From Gemmatimonadales bacterium (lineage in GTDB: Bacteria; Gemmatimonadota; Gemmatimonadetes; Gemmatimonadales; GWC2-71-9): a stretch of 64,000 nt of DNA. The notes beneath the pieces were generated by a model that was not told the DNA's origin, did no database searches, and saw nothing but the letters and a program-made list of their open reading frames with translations. Below, piece by piece: positions 45,766 through 55,139 of this stretch (its first letter is position 1; every line of letters begins with the position of its first letter). Both the position numbers and the translations under genes were made by a program. The stretch is taken from assembly GCA_035575675.1 (NCBI GenBank), contig DATLXS010000098.1:2641-66640 (forward strand), written 5' to 3'.

Positions 45766-46883
45766 TGCTCTATCACCTGCTCGCGCCGCTTGCACGCCAG
45801 CACATCATTTTCAATCTCTTCAACTACATCACGTTCCGTGCAGCGGGCGCGACCGTCACGGCGCTGCTGCTGGCCTTCATCGTCGGTCCCTGGGTTATCG
45901 GGAAGCTCCGCGAGCATCGGATCGGGCAAATCGTCCGCGCCGAGGGGCCCACGAGTCATCACGGCAAACGGGGCACGCCGACGATGGGCGGGCTGATCAT
46001 CCTCCTCGCGACGATCGTGCCGACGCTGCTCTGGGCGCGGCTCGACAGCCGCTATGTCATCGTCACCGTGGTCGCCACGCTGTGGATGGGGCTGATCGGG
46101 TTTCTCGACGACTACTTGAAGATCGTCCGCGGGCAGTCGCAAGGATTGGTGGCCCGCTGGAAGCTCGTCGGCCAGGTGTCGTTCGGACTCGGGTTGGGTG
46201 TCTATATCCTGCTGTTTCCCCTGATCGACGCCAATCCGCACGCGACGCAGCTGCCGCTCTTCAAGTACATCGTCTGGGTGCTGCCGTGGCCGATCTATCT
46301 GGCTTTCGTGACGTTCGTGACGACGGCGAGCTCGAATGCCGTGAACCTGACCGATGGGCTGGATGGCCTCGCGGCGGGGCTCACGGTCATCGCCGCCGGT
46401 GCGTTCGCGATCTTCTGCTACCTCTTCGGCCGGGTGGACGCCGCACGCTATCTCGGCGTCCTGCATCTCCCCGGTGCGGGGGAGCTGACGATTTTCTGCG
46501 GTGCCTTGATGGGCGCCTCCCTCGGCTTTCTCTGGTTCAACGCGTATCCGGCGCAGGTCTTCATGGGCGACACCGGCGCGTTGGCGATCGGCGGCGCGCT
46601 CGGCACGGTCGCGATCCTGCTCAAGACCGAGTTCCTGCTGGTCATCGCCGGCGCGGTGTTCGTCGCCGAAACGGTATCGGTCGTCATCCAGACGACGACG
46701 TACAAGTGGCGCAAGCGGCGCTACGGAAAAGAGTACGCGGATGCGCACAGGGTCTTTCGCATGGCGCCGTTGCACCACCATTTCGAGAAACTGGGCTGGG
46801 CGGAGCCGCAGGTCGTCATGCGGTTCTATATCCTGGGCGTGCTGAGCGCGATGATCGCGCTGGCCACGCTCAAGGTGCGATGA
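45765..46883 (+). CDS. mraY: phospho-N-acetylmuramoyl-pentapeptide transferase
   Basis: 372 aa polytopic protein. Motifs KxGTPTMGG, NAVNLTDGLDGLA, FMGDTGALAIGG, APLHHHFE. Confidence 0.96.
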   Translation: MLYHLLAPLARQHIIFNLFNYITFRAAGATVTALLLAFIVGPWVIGKLREHRIGQIVRAEGPTSHHGKRGTPTMGGLIILLATIVPTLLWARLDSRYVIVTVVATLWMGLIGFLDDYLKIVRGQSQGLVARWKLVGQVSFGLGLGVYILLFPLIDANPHATQLPLFKYIVWVLPWPIYLAFVTFVTTASSNAVNLTDGLDGLAAGLTVIAAGAFAIFCYLFGRVDAARYLGVLHLPGAGELTIFCGALMGASLGFLWFNAYPAQVFMGDTGALAIGGALGTVAILLKTEFLLVIAGAVFVAETVSVVIQTTTYKWRKRRYGKEYADAHRVFRMAPLHHHFEKLGWAEPQVVMRFYILGVLSAMIALATLKVR

Positions 46884-48265
46884 TCGAGCAGGCGCGCCTC
46901 GTCCCGGAAGCCTGGCGCCGCGCGGGGAGCGTGGTGGCGATCATCGGGCTCGGCAAGAGCGGCGTAGCGGCGGCGCGCCTCCTCGCCCGCGAAGGGGTGC
47001 GCGTCTACGCCAGTGACGCGTCCGAACATCCGTATGCGGGCGAAGCCGCGGAAGCGCTGAAGAGCGTGCCGTGGGTGGACGTCGAGATCGGCCGCCACGA
47101 TCTCACCAAGATTCGCCACGCCGTCGGGTTGGTCGTGTCGCCGGGCGTGCCGCCGGATGCACCGGTGCTGACTGCGGCGCGGCACGCCGGCGTGGAGATC
47201 GTCTCCGAGCTCGATCTGGGCTTCCGCGCCCTCGCGGCGCTGCAGCCCGGCACCCACAGCATCGCGATCACCGGCACGAACGGGAAAACCACGACGACCG
47301 CGCTGGTCGCCCACCTGCTCAGCGCGGCCGGTTTGCAGTCCACGACCGCGGGCAACATCGGCCGGCCGGTCACCGATCTCGCGATGGCGGATGAGCGCTA
47401 TCAATGGCTCAGCCTCGAGGTGTCGTCGTTTCAGCTGCACGACAGCCCCAACTTCGCTCCCGACATCGGTGTGATGACGAACCTCGCGCCCGATCACCTC
47501 GACCGGTATCCCTCGGCGCAGGCGTACTACGCCGACAAGCGGCTGCTCTTCCGCAACGCGAGCGAGGATAATGTCTGGATCCTGAACGGTGATGACGCGC
47601 TGGTGCTCGAGCTCGCGCACGGGGTGCCGGGACGCCGGGTGCTGTTTTCGCTCGTGAAGCCGGCCGATGCCTGGTACGATGCACCGGCCCTCCTCTTGCG
47701 GCTGGGCGGTGACGCGCTGCTTGAGCGCGAGGAGCTGCATCTGCTCGGCGATCACAACGTCGCCAACGCGCTCGCCGCGGCGCTTGCCGTGCACGAAGCC
47801 GGTGTGCCGACCTCGCTGATCGGCGAAGGCCTGCGCTCCTTCCGCGCGCTGCCGCATCGGCTCGAGCCGGTGCGCGAAGTGGCCGGCGTCGAGTGGATCA
47901 ACGATTCCAAGGCGACGAACATCGCGGCGACGACTGTGGCGGTGCTTGCCATGCGGCGGCCGTTCGTCCTGCTGCTCGGGGGCCGGCACAAAGGCGAGCC
48001 GTATACCAGCCTGGCGCCGCTCCTCGCGAAACGCTGCCGGCTGGTGATTGCCTACGGAGAAGCGGGACCGCTCGTCGAGCAGGACCTTGGGGGCACGGTG
48101 CCGCTCGAGCGTGGCAGCACGTTCGAGGACGTCATGGCACGGGCCGGTCTCGCCGCGCAACCGGGTGACGCGGTGCTGCTGTCTCCCGCCTGCTCGAGCT
48201 ACGACATGTTCAAGAACTACGAACAGCGGGGGGCCACATTCCGGCGAATCGTCGAAGCGCTGTAG
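46880..48265 (+). CDS. murD: UDP-N-acetylmuramoylalanine--D-glutamate ligase
   Basis: Listed ORF 46082.. trimmed to the ATG at 46880 (ATGA overlap). Motifs GLGKSG, ITGTNGKTTT, DSKATN. Confidence 0.93.
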   Translation: MIEQARLVPEAWRRAGSVVAIIGLGKSGVAAARLLAREGVRVYASDASEHPYAGEAAEALKSVPWVDVEIGRHDLTKIRHAVGLVVSPGVPPDAPVLTAARHAGVEIVSELDLGFRALAALQPGTHSIAITGTNGKTTTTALVAHLLSAAGLQSTTAGNIGRPVTDLAMADERYQWLSLEVSSFQLHDSPNFAPDIGVMTNLAPDHLDRYPSAQAYYADKRLLFRNASEDNVWILNGDDALVLELAHGVPGRRVLFSLVKPADAWYDAPALLLRLGGDALLEREELHLLGDHNVANALAAALAVHEAGVPTSLIGEGLRSFRALPHRLEPVREVAGVEWINDSKATNIAATTVAVLAMRRPFVLLLGGRHKGEPYTSLAPLLAKRCRLVIAYGEAGPLVEQDLGGTVPLERGSTFEDVMARAGLAAQPGDAVLLSPACSSYDMFKNYEQRGATFRRIVEAL

Positions 48266-48300
48266 CCTGGGAAGGACGGCTGCTCGCGGTCGTCACGGCG

Positions 48301-49362
48301 GTGCTGGTCGTGTTCGGTCTCGCCGCGGTGTACGGCGCGTCGAGTCTCGTGACCGTGGCCGGCGGCCAGGTTGGCGCGAGCTTCGCGCTCCGCCAGGCGG
48401 TCGGCGCAGCGGTGGGCGGCTTGCTGGCGATCGTCTTCGCGCGCACCGACTACCATCGCTGGCGGGAGTGGGCCTGGCCGCTGTTGGGCGTCACCATGTT
48501 TCTCCTCGTCATTCCACTGTTGCCGTTCACCCACTTCATCACGCCAACCATCAATGGCGCGCGGCGGTGGGTGAACCTCGGCATCCTCACGCTGCAACCC
48601 TCCGAGCTCGCGAAATTCGCCGTCGTGGTGTGGTGCGCGATGCTGGCCGCCAAGAAGGGGGAACAGCTGCGTGACTTCAAGCACGGCGTGCTTCCGTTTG
48701 TCGTCATTCTCGGGCCCGTCATCGGGCTCATTTTCCTCGAGCCCCATCTCTCCATGGCGCTGCTGGTCGCCCTCCTCGCGGGCAGCGTGCTGTTCACGGC
48801 CGGCGCGCGGATCGGGCACTTCCTCGTACTGGGCGCGGCGGCGGGACCGCTGCTGTTCGGCGCGGTGGCGACCGCGCAGTACCGGCTCGCGCGCGTCCTC
48901 ACGTTCCTGAATCCCGGCGCCGCCCCGGCGGAAGCCACGTGGCAAGTGCAACAGTCGCTCACCGGCATCGGGGCCGGGCAGCTGCTCGGCGCGGGATTCG
49001 GACAGGGCCAGCAGAAGCTCGGCTACCTGCCGTACGCGTATTCCGATTTCATCTTCTCCACGATCGGCGAGGAGTGGGGCTTCCTGGGCGTCCTGGCGAT
49101 CGCGCTGCTGTTCGGCACGTTCGTGTGGCTCGGGTTCCGCATCGCGCGCAACGCCCCCGATCTGTTTGGGCAGCTGCTGGCGACCGGCATCAGCGTGATG
49201 GTCGGACTGAGCGTCGTCGTGCACATGGGCGTGAGTCTCGCCGTCATTCCCGCCACGGGAGTCACGCTGCCGTTCATGTCGTATGGGCGGTCCTCGCTCA
49301 TTGTTGCGCTGGCGGCGACGGGTGTGTTGGCGAGTGTTGGGAGAGCGAGGAGGACTACGTGA
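48301..49362 (+). CDS. ftsW: SEDS-family peptidoglycan glycosyltransferase FtsW
   Basis: 353 aa from the first canonical start (GTG 48301). Multi-TM protein with SDFIFS and PFMSYGGSS-like motifs. Family-like N-terminal sequence (AWEGRLLAVVTA) continues upstream in frame without ATG/GTG/TTG, so the true start may be non-canonical. Confidence 0.85.
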   Translation: MLVVFGLAAVYGASSLVTVAGGQVGASFALRQAVGAAVGGLLAIVFARTDYHRWREWAWPLLGVTMFLLVIPLLPFTHFITPTINGARRWVNLGILTLQPSELAKFAVVVWCAMLAAKKGEQLRDFKHGVLPFVVILGPVIGLIFLEPHLSMALLVALLAGSVLFTAGARIGHFLVLGAAAGPLLFGAVATAQYRLARVLTFLNPGAAPAEATWQVQQSLTGIGAGQLLGAGFGQGQQKLGYLPYAYSDFIFSTIGEEWGFLGVLAIALLFGTFVWLGFRIARNAPDLFGQLLATGISVMVGLSVVVHMGVSLAVIPATGVTLPFMSYGRSSLIVALAATGVLASVGRARRTT

Positions 49363-49363
49363 A

Positions 49364-49440
49364 GAACGCGGAACGCGGAACTCGGAAGTCGGAACAGTGT
49401 CTTTGATGTTCGTTCCACGTTCGGCGTTCCGCGTTCCGCG
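49364..49440. repeat. inverted heptamer-array hairpin between ftsW and murG
   Basis: Left arm GAACGCG GAACGCG GAACTCG GAAGTCG GAAC. Right arm GTTC GTTCCAC GTTCGGC GTTCCGC GTTCCGC G. The outer 15 bp pair perfectly. Flanked by CGTGAAGA at 49358-49365 and 49443-49450. Confidence 0.9.
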
Positions 49441-49443
49441 GTC

Positions 49444-50529
49444 GTGAAGATCCTCATCGCCGGCGGCGGTACTGGCGGCCACCTCATGCCGGCGCTCGCA
49501 CTGGCGCGCGTGGCCACTGAACTCGGTCACGAGGTTGTGCTCGTCGGCGCGACCCGCGGCATCGAAGCCCAGATCCTGCCGCGCCATCCATTTCGATTTC
49601 TGCTCCTGCCGCTGGAGCCGATCTACCGGCGCGCGTGGTGGCGCAACCTGCGCTGGCCGGTGATCGCCGTGCGGGCGTGGCGCGCTGCGGGTCGCGTCCT
49701 GAGGGACGAGCGTCCGGCGATCGTCATCGGCACCGGCGGTTACGCGGCGGGGCCCGTGCTGTGGCGCGCGCAAAACGCCGGGATTCCGACGGCGCTCCAA
49801 GAACAGAACGCGTTCCCGGGACTCACACAACGATTGCTCTCACGGCGCGCGCAACAAGTGCACCTCGGATTTCCGGAAGCGCGGCTTCGCCTGTCGCCCG
49901 GACCGCGCACCAAGGTGTTCGTCTTCGGCAATCCGATCACGCCACCGGGCCGAGTGGATGCCGCCGCCGCACGCGGCGAGGTTGGTCTCACCGCGTTGCG
50001 GCGCACGCTGCTCGTATTTGGCGGGAGTCAGGGCGCGCGCGCGTTGAACGAGACGATCGCGCGCACGCTGCAACGCGGCTTGCTCGGCGACGTGAATCTG
50101 TTGTGGGGAACGGGGACGATGCACCTGGATCGGTACGCGTCGCTCGCGGTGCCCGGCCGAGTCGTCGTGCGCGGCTTCTTCGATCCGATCGGCCCGGCGT
50201 ACGCCGCCGCGCACCTCGTCGTCGCGCGCGCGGGCGCGATGACGGTGTCCGAGCTGTGCGCCTGGGCGAAGCCCAGCGTCCTGGTGCCGTTGCCCACGGC
50301 AGCGGCGGATCACCAAACCTTCAACGCCCGAGCGCTTGCAAACGCCGGCGCGAGCGTCTTGCTGCTCGAGCGGGAGCTCACCCCGGAGGGTTTTGCAAAA
50401 ACGGTCGGCGGGCTGATTCAGGACGACAAACGCCTGGATGCCCTGGCCCGGAGTGCCCGGGGCAGGGGTCACCCGAACGCCGCCCGAACCATCATGGAAA
50501 AGGTTTTAGAGCTTTCGCAAGTTGCGTAG
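49444..50529 (+). CDS. murG: undecaprenyldiphospho-muramoylpentapeptide beta-N-acetylglucosaminyltransferase
   Basis: 361 aa. N-terminal IAGGGTGGHLMPALA, plus GGSQGA and C-terminal ADHQTFNA. Confidence 0.94.
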   Translation: MKILIAGGGTGGHLMPALALARVATELGHEVVLVGATRGIEAQILPRHPFRFLLLPLEPIYRRAWWRNLRWPVIAVRAWRAAGRVLRDERPAIVIGTGGYAAGPVLWRAQNAGIPTALQEQNAFPGLTQRLLSRRAQQVHLGFPEARLRLSPGPRTKVFVFGNPITPPGRVDAAAARGEVGLTALRRTLLVFGGSQGARALNETIARTLQRGLLGDVNLLWGTGTMHLDRYASLAVPGRVVVRGFFDPIGPAYAAAHLVVARAGAMTVSELCAWAKPSVLVPLPTAAADHQTFNARALANAGASVLLLERELTPEGFAKTVGGLIQDDKRLDALARSARGRGHPNAARTIMEKVLELSQVA

Positions 50530-50553
50530 ATTTCCTATATTAGCTGCCCACAG

Positions 50554-51963
50554 ATGACCTTGTTTCGAACCGGGGATCCCCGACCTATCCATCTCATGGG
50601 CATAGCCGGGGCGGGGATGAGCGCCTTGGCTCTTATTGCCAGGCACCGGGGCGTCGCCATAACTGGTTGTGATTCAGACACTTCCGGGACAGGCGTTGAT
50701 GACCTGACCGCGCTGGGAGTTCCCGTTTGGAAGGGCCACGATCCGAGCCATGTGGAAGGGGCTCGGGCAGTTGTAGTTACGGCCGCGGTCCCACGGGATC
50801 ATCCGGAGCTGCTCAAGGCCCGTGCCTTGGGTCTGTCGGTCGTGCGTCGCGCGGATGCACTGGGCGAGCTGGTCGCTGGCGGAAAAGAGGGCGTCGTGGC
50901 GGTCGCCGGGACACACGGCAAGACGACCACCACGGTCATGGTCACTGAGGCTCTCACGGCCGCCAGGCGGAATCCCACGGGACTCGCCGGCGGCCGTGTC
51001 GCAGCGTGGGGCGGCAACGCCCGGATCGGCGGCGACGACTTGTTCGTCGTCGAGGCCGATGAGTACGACAAGGCCTTTTTGTCGCTGACGCCCAAGATCG
51101 CGGTGGTGAACAACGTCGAGGCCGATCATCTCGAGTGCTACGGCAGCATGGAGGCGCTCGAGGCTGCGTTCGTCGAGTTCGCGAGTCGCGCGGAGCGGGT
51201 GATCATCGGCGCGGACGACGCGGGAGCGGACCGGGTGGCGTTGCACGTGACGGCGCCGGTGTGGCGGGTGGGTCACGGTGCCACGGCGGATGTGCGGATT
51301 CGCGCGGTGCGGCTCGAGCCTGGTGGCTCGCGCGCGATGATCGCGCTGCCGGGCGGGCACACGATCGATCTGGCGTTGGCCGTGCCGGGATTGCACAACG
51401 TGCGCAACGCCGCCGCCGCGCTCGCGGTGTTGCAGGCGCTCGGGGCGGATGTGCAGGCGGGCGCGCAGGCGCTGGCGGAGTTTCGCGGCGTTGGCCGGCG
51501 GTTCGAGCGGTTGGGGGAAGCGGGAGGAGTGACTGTGGTGGATGACTACGCGCACCACCCGACGGAAGTCAGCGCGACGCTCGCAGCGGCGCGGCAAGCG
51601 TTCCCCGGGCGCCGGGTGATCGCCGTGTTTCAGCCGCACCTGTTTTCGCGGACGGCGTTGCACGGCGAAGCGCTCGGCAAGGCGCTCGCGGCGGCGGACG
51701 TGGTCGTCGTCGCGCCGATCTATGCGGCGCGCGAGCAGCCGCAGGACGGCGTGACGCACCATCTGGTGGTGCGCGGCGCGACACGCGCCGGCGCGGCGAC
51801 CGTGGCGGTGCGCGATCGCGCCACGCTGACGAATCACGTCGCGCGCGCGGTGCGCGAAGGCGACGTCGTGTTCACGCTCGGCGCCGGCGACATCACGCGC
51901 GTGGGACCCGAGCTGCTGAGTCGGCTCGGAGCGGGGAACGGGAAGAACGGAGCAGTCGCATGA
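50554..51963 (+). CDS. murC: UDP-N-acetylmuramate--L-alanine ligase
   Basis: 469 aa. Motifs GIAGAGMSALA, VAGTHGKTTTT, DDYAHHPTE. Confidence 0.94.
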   Translation: MTLFRTGDPRPIHLMGIAGAGMSALALIARHRGVAITGCDSDTSGTGVDDLTALGVPVWKGHDPSHVEGARAVVVTAAVPRDHPELLKARALGLSVVRRADALGELVAGGKEGVVAVAGTHGKTTTTVMVTEALTAARRNPTGLAGGRVAAWGGNARIGGDDLFVVEADEYDKAFLSLTPKIAVVNNVEADHLECYGSMEALEAAFVEFASRAERVIIGADDAGADRVALHVTAPVWRVGHGATADVRIRAVRLEPGGSRAMIALPGGHTIDLALAVPGLHNVRNAAAALAVLQALGADVQAGAQALAEFRGVGRRFERLGEAGGVTVVDDYAHHPTEVSATLAAARQAFPGRRVIAVFQPHLFSRTALHGEALGKALAAADVVVVAPIYAAREQPQDGVTHHLVVRGATRAGAATVAVRDRATLTNHVARAVREGDVVFTLGAGDITRVGPELLSRLGAGNGKNGAVA

Positions 51964-52694
51964 GGCTGAAGCTGCGGTTGCCGCGCGTGTCGTGGCGCGT
52001 GTTGGCGTGGGCGGGCGCAGCGATTCTCGCCATGGTGAGCTGGATGACGGCGCCGCTCGCCTTGCGCCGCGTGCGGTTCTTCCGCGTGCGGCAGGTGGAG
52101 ATCATCGGCATCCGCTACCTCAATGCCGATCAGGTGCTGGGAGCGCTGCGGCTGCCCGAGCAGGCGAGTGTGTTCGACGACACCCAGGTGCTCGCCGAGC
52201 GCTTGCGCGGGCTGGACGGTGTTGCCGATGCTTCGGTCAGCCGCCGGCCGCCCGCGTCGTTGAAAGTGATCGTGCGGGAGATCGAGCCGGTGGCACTCTT
52301 GATGAGTGGACGGGGCGCGCTGGCGCCGGTCGATGCCGATGCCCGAGCGCTGCCGTTCGATATCACGAGTCTCGACCTGCCCATCGTCCGGTCGGGAGGC
52401 GGGGGGGCAGACTCCGCTGTGGTCGGGTTGCTGGCGCGGGTGCAGGCCGTCGATCCCGCGCTGTTTCAGACGATCGATGCCGCGCGGCGGACCGAGACGC
52501 CACGCGGCGGCGTGCTTCTCGAGCTTGGAGGCGCTCATCGCGTGCTGCTCAACGGCGATGCGGGGCCGGAGGTGATCGAGGCGGTGGTGATGGTGGCGAG
52601 AGACCTGGCCGCGAAAGCGCGCCCCTATGCCGAGCTCGACGCCCGCTTTGCGGGACAGGTCGTGGTGCGGCGTCGTGGTGTGGGCACCGTCTGA
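51960..52694 (+). CDS. ftsQ: cell division protein FtsQ (POTRA)
   Basis: 244 aa. N-terminal TM, then a POTRA-like FRVRQVEIIGIRYLNADQV. Canonical position before ftsA. Confidence 0.8.
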   Translation: MRLKLRLPRVSWRVLAWAGAAILAMVSWMTAPLALRRVRFFRVRQVEIIGIRYLNADQVLGALRLPEQASVFDDTQVLAERLRGLDGVADASVSRRPPASLKVIVREIEPVALLMSGRGALAPVDADARALPFDITSLDLPIVRSGGGGADSAVVGLLARVQAVDPALFQTIDAARRTETPRGGVLLELGGAHRVLLNGDAGPEVIEAVVMVARDLAAKARPYAELDARFAGQVVVRRRGVGTV

Positions 52695-53944
52695 TGCCAG
52701 AGCGTCGCCTCGTCGCCGGACTCGACCTCGGAAGCACCAAAACGTGCGCCGTGATCGCGGAGCTGGCGGGCGACCTGCCGCGCGCGCCACTCGCCAAGAT
52801 CCTCGGCGTGGGCCTCGCGAAAAACACCGGCGTGCGCCGCGGGATGGTGCGCGATATCGACGAGACGACGCGCTCCGTCGCCGCCGCGCTCAAGGATGCG
52901 GAGCGGATGGCGGGCGCCCGCGTGCCGGACGTCACCTGCGGGATCGCGGGCGAGCACGTGTCGGCGCGGGGATCGACCGGCGTGGTCGCCGTGAGTGCCG
53001 AGGAAATCAGCCCGCAAGATGTGGCGCGGGTGAACGAAGTCGCGCGCGCGGTGTCGCTGGGACGCGATCACGAGCTGCTGCACGACATTCCCCAGGAATA
53101 CGTCGTCGACCAGCAAAAGGGCATCTCCGACCCGGTCGGCATGACGGGGACGCGGCTCGAGGTGGAGATGTATCTCGTGACGGTGCAATCCACCGCCGCG
53201 CAGAATCTCCGCAAGAGCGTGCAGCGCGCCGGCTACCGCGTCGCCGACCTCGTGCTCGAGCCGCTGGCGGCGTCGTACGCGGTGCTGAGCGATGACGAGA
53301 AAGAGCTGGGCGTCGCGCTCGTGGAAGTGGGCGGCAGCTCGACGGGCGTCGCGATCTTTCACGAAGGCAAGATCCGCCACCTCGCGTCGCTCAAATACGC
53401 GGGCTCGCACGTGACGAGCGACCTGGTGCAGGGCCTCGGGGTGACGCAGTCCGACGCCGAGCGACTGAAAGAGCGGCATGGCGCGGCCTACACGCCGCTC
53501 GTCGATGCGGGCGAGATGGTGACCCTGCCGTCGACTCCCGGGCAGGGGGCGCGCACCGCCTCGCGCGAGCTCGTCGCGCACATCATCCACCAGCGCGTGG
53601 ACGAGATCTTCCAGCTCGTGGGCCGCGAGTTCGAGCGCGCCGGGTACGGCGCGGGCCGGCTGCCGGCCGGCGTCGTGCTCTCCGGCGGCACGGCGCACCT
53701 GCCGGGCATGGTCGAGCTGGCCCGCGAGGTATTCGCCGCGCCGGTGCGTGCCGGCCATCCGGAGCTCGGTATCTCCGGACTCGTCGACAGCGTCCAGGCG
53801 CCGCGGTACGCCGTGCCGGTCGGGTTGGTGCTGTACGCGGCGCGCAAGTCTGCTCAGGGCGGGGGAGCTCCGGGCGTGTTGTTCGGCGGTCGACCCGACA
53901 AACTGTTTGCGCCTCTCAAGAGATGGTTGCAGGACTTCTTCTGA
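52694..53944 (+). CDS. ftsA: cell division protein FtsA
   Basis: Listed ORF 51992.. trimmed to the ATG at 52694 (TGATG junction). Actin-fold motifs GLDLGSTKTC, VEVGGSSTGVAIF, LSGGTAHLPG. Confidence 0.93.
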   Translation: MPERRLVAGLDLGSTKTCAVIAELAGDLPRAPLAKILGVGLAKNTGVRRGMVRDIDETTRSVAAALKDAERMAGARVPDVTCGIAGEHVSARGSTGVVAVSAEEISPQDVARVNEVARAVSLGRDHELLHDIPQEYVVDQQKGISDPVGMTGTRLEVEMYLVTVQSTAAQNLRKSVQRAGYRVADLVLEPLAASYAVLSDDEKELGVALVEVGGSSTGVAIFHEGKIRHLASLKYAGSHVTSDLVQGLGVTQSDAERLKERHGAAYTPLVDAGEMVTLPSTPGQGARTASRELVAHIIHQRVDEIFQLVGREFERAGYGAGRLPAGVVLSGGTAHLPGMVELAREVFAAPVRAGHPELGISGLVDSVQAPRYAVPVGLVLYAARKSAQGGGAPGVLFGGRPDKLFAPLKRWLQDFF

Positions 53945-53960
53945 GCCCTAGGGGAGAACC

Positions 53961-55139
53961 ATGATCTTCGAACTCGAAGAAACCGTTACGCAGAACGCGC
54001 GAATGAAAGTCGTCGGCGTCGGCGGGGGTGGCGGCAACGCCCTCAACCGCATGATCGACGAGCACGTGAGCGGCGTCGAGTTCATTTCGGTCAACACCGA
54101 TGCTCAGGCGCTCCTCAACAACAAGGCCGACGTCAAAGTCCAGATCGGCAAGAAGCTGACGCGCGGGCTCGGCGCCGGCGCGCGGCCCGAGATCGGCCGC
54201 CAGGCGATCGAGGAAAACCGCGACGAAGTGCTGCATTCGCTCCAGGGGGCCGATCTCGTGTTCGTGACGTGCGGCATGGGCGGCGGCACGGGCACGGGCG
54301 CGGCGCCGATCATCTCGCAGGTCGCCCGCGATCTGGGGGCGCTCACGATCGGGATCTGCACGAAGCCGTTTCTGTTCGAGGGCCGCAAGCGCATGCGTCA
54401 GGCGGAGATGGGCATCGCCGAGATGCGCAAGCACGTGGACACGATGATCGTCGTGCCCAACGAGCGGTTGCTGGCGGTCGTCGGGAAGGGAATCCCGTTC
54501 CAGGATGCGCTGAAAAAAGCGGACGAAGTGCTGCTGCACGCCACGCAGGGCATCTCGGCCCTCATCTGTGTCACCGGTCTCGTCAATGTAGATTTCGCCG
54601 ACGTCCGCACCGTGATGCAGAATGGCGGCGCGGCACTGATGGGGACGGGCCAGGGACGCGGCGAAAACCGCGCGATGGAGGCGGCGCAGCAGGCGATTTC
54701 GAGCCCGCTGCTCGACAACATCTCGATCGGCGGCGCGACGGGCGTGCTGATCAACATCACCGGCGGCGAGGACCTGACGCTGGGCGAAGTGACGCAGATC
54801 AGCGAAGCGATTCACGACGCCGCGGGCGACGAGGCCGAGATCATCTTCGGCGCGGTGAACGATCCGGCGATGCACGGGGAAGTGCGCATCACCGTCATCG
54901 CGACCGGGTTCGACAAGACGGGCGCGATGGCCGATGCCCTGGCGGGGGTGCAGCGTCCCGCGGCCGGGGTGTTGCCGTTCCGCGATCGCGGGGCCCGGCC
55001 GACGCCGGTGCCGCCGCCGGGATTCGCCAAGCCGGCCGAAACCCAGCCGAAGCGTCCGGGCGGACCCGCGCAGGCGCCGCTGAATCCCGAGTTGAATGAA
55101 ATGGAAATCCCGACGTTCATTCGGAGACAGATGGACTAA
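53961..55139 (+). CDS. ftsZ: cell division GTPase FtsZ
   Basis: 392 aa. Tubulin signature GGGTGTGAAP, VGVGGGGGNA, NTDAQAL, and the C-terminal conserved peptide EIPTFIRRQ. AGGGGAG RBS upstream. Confidence 0.97.
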   Translation: MIFELEETVTQNARMKVVGVGGGGGNALNRMIDEHVSGVEFISVNTDAQALLNNKADVKVQIGKKLTRGLGAGARPEIGRQAIEENRDEVLHSLQGADLVFVTCGMGGGTGTGAAPIISQVARDLGALTIGICTKPFLFEGRKRMRQAEMGIAEMRKHVDTMIVVPNERLLAVVGKGIPFQDALKKADEVLLHATQGISALICVTGLVNVDFADVRTVMQNGGAALMGTGQGRGENRAMEAAQQAISSPLLDNISIGGATGVLINITGGEDLTLGEVTQISEAIHDAAGDEAEIIFGAVNDPAMHGEVRITVIATGFDKTGAMADALAGVQRPAAGVLPFRDRGARPTPVPPPGFAKPAETQPKRPGGPAQAPLNPELNEMEIPTFIRRQMD

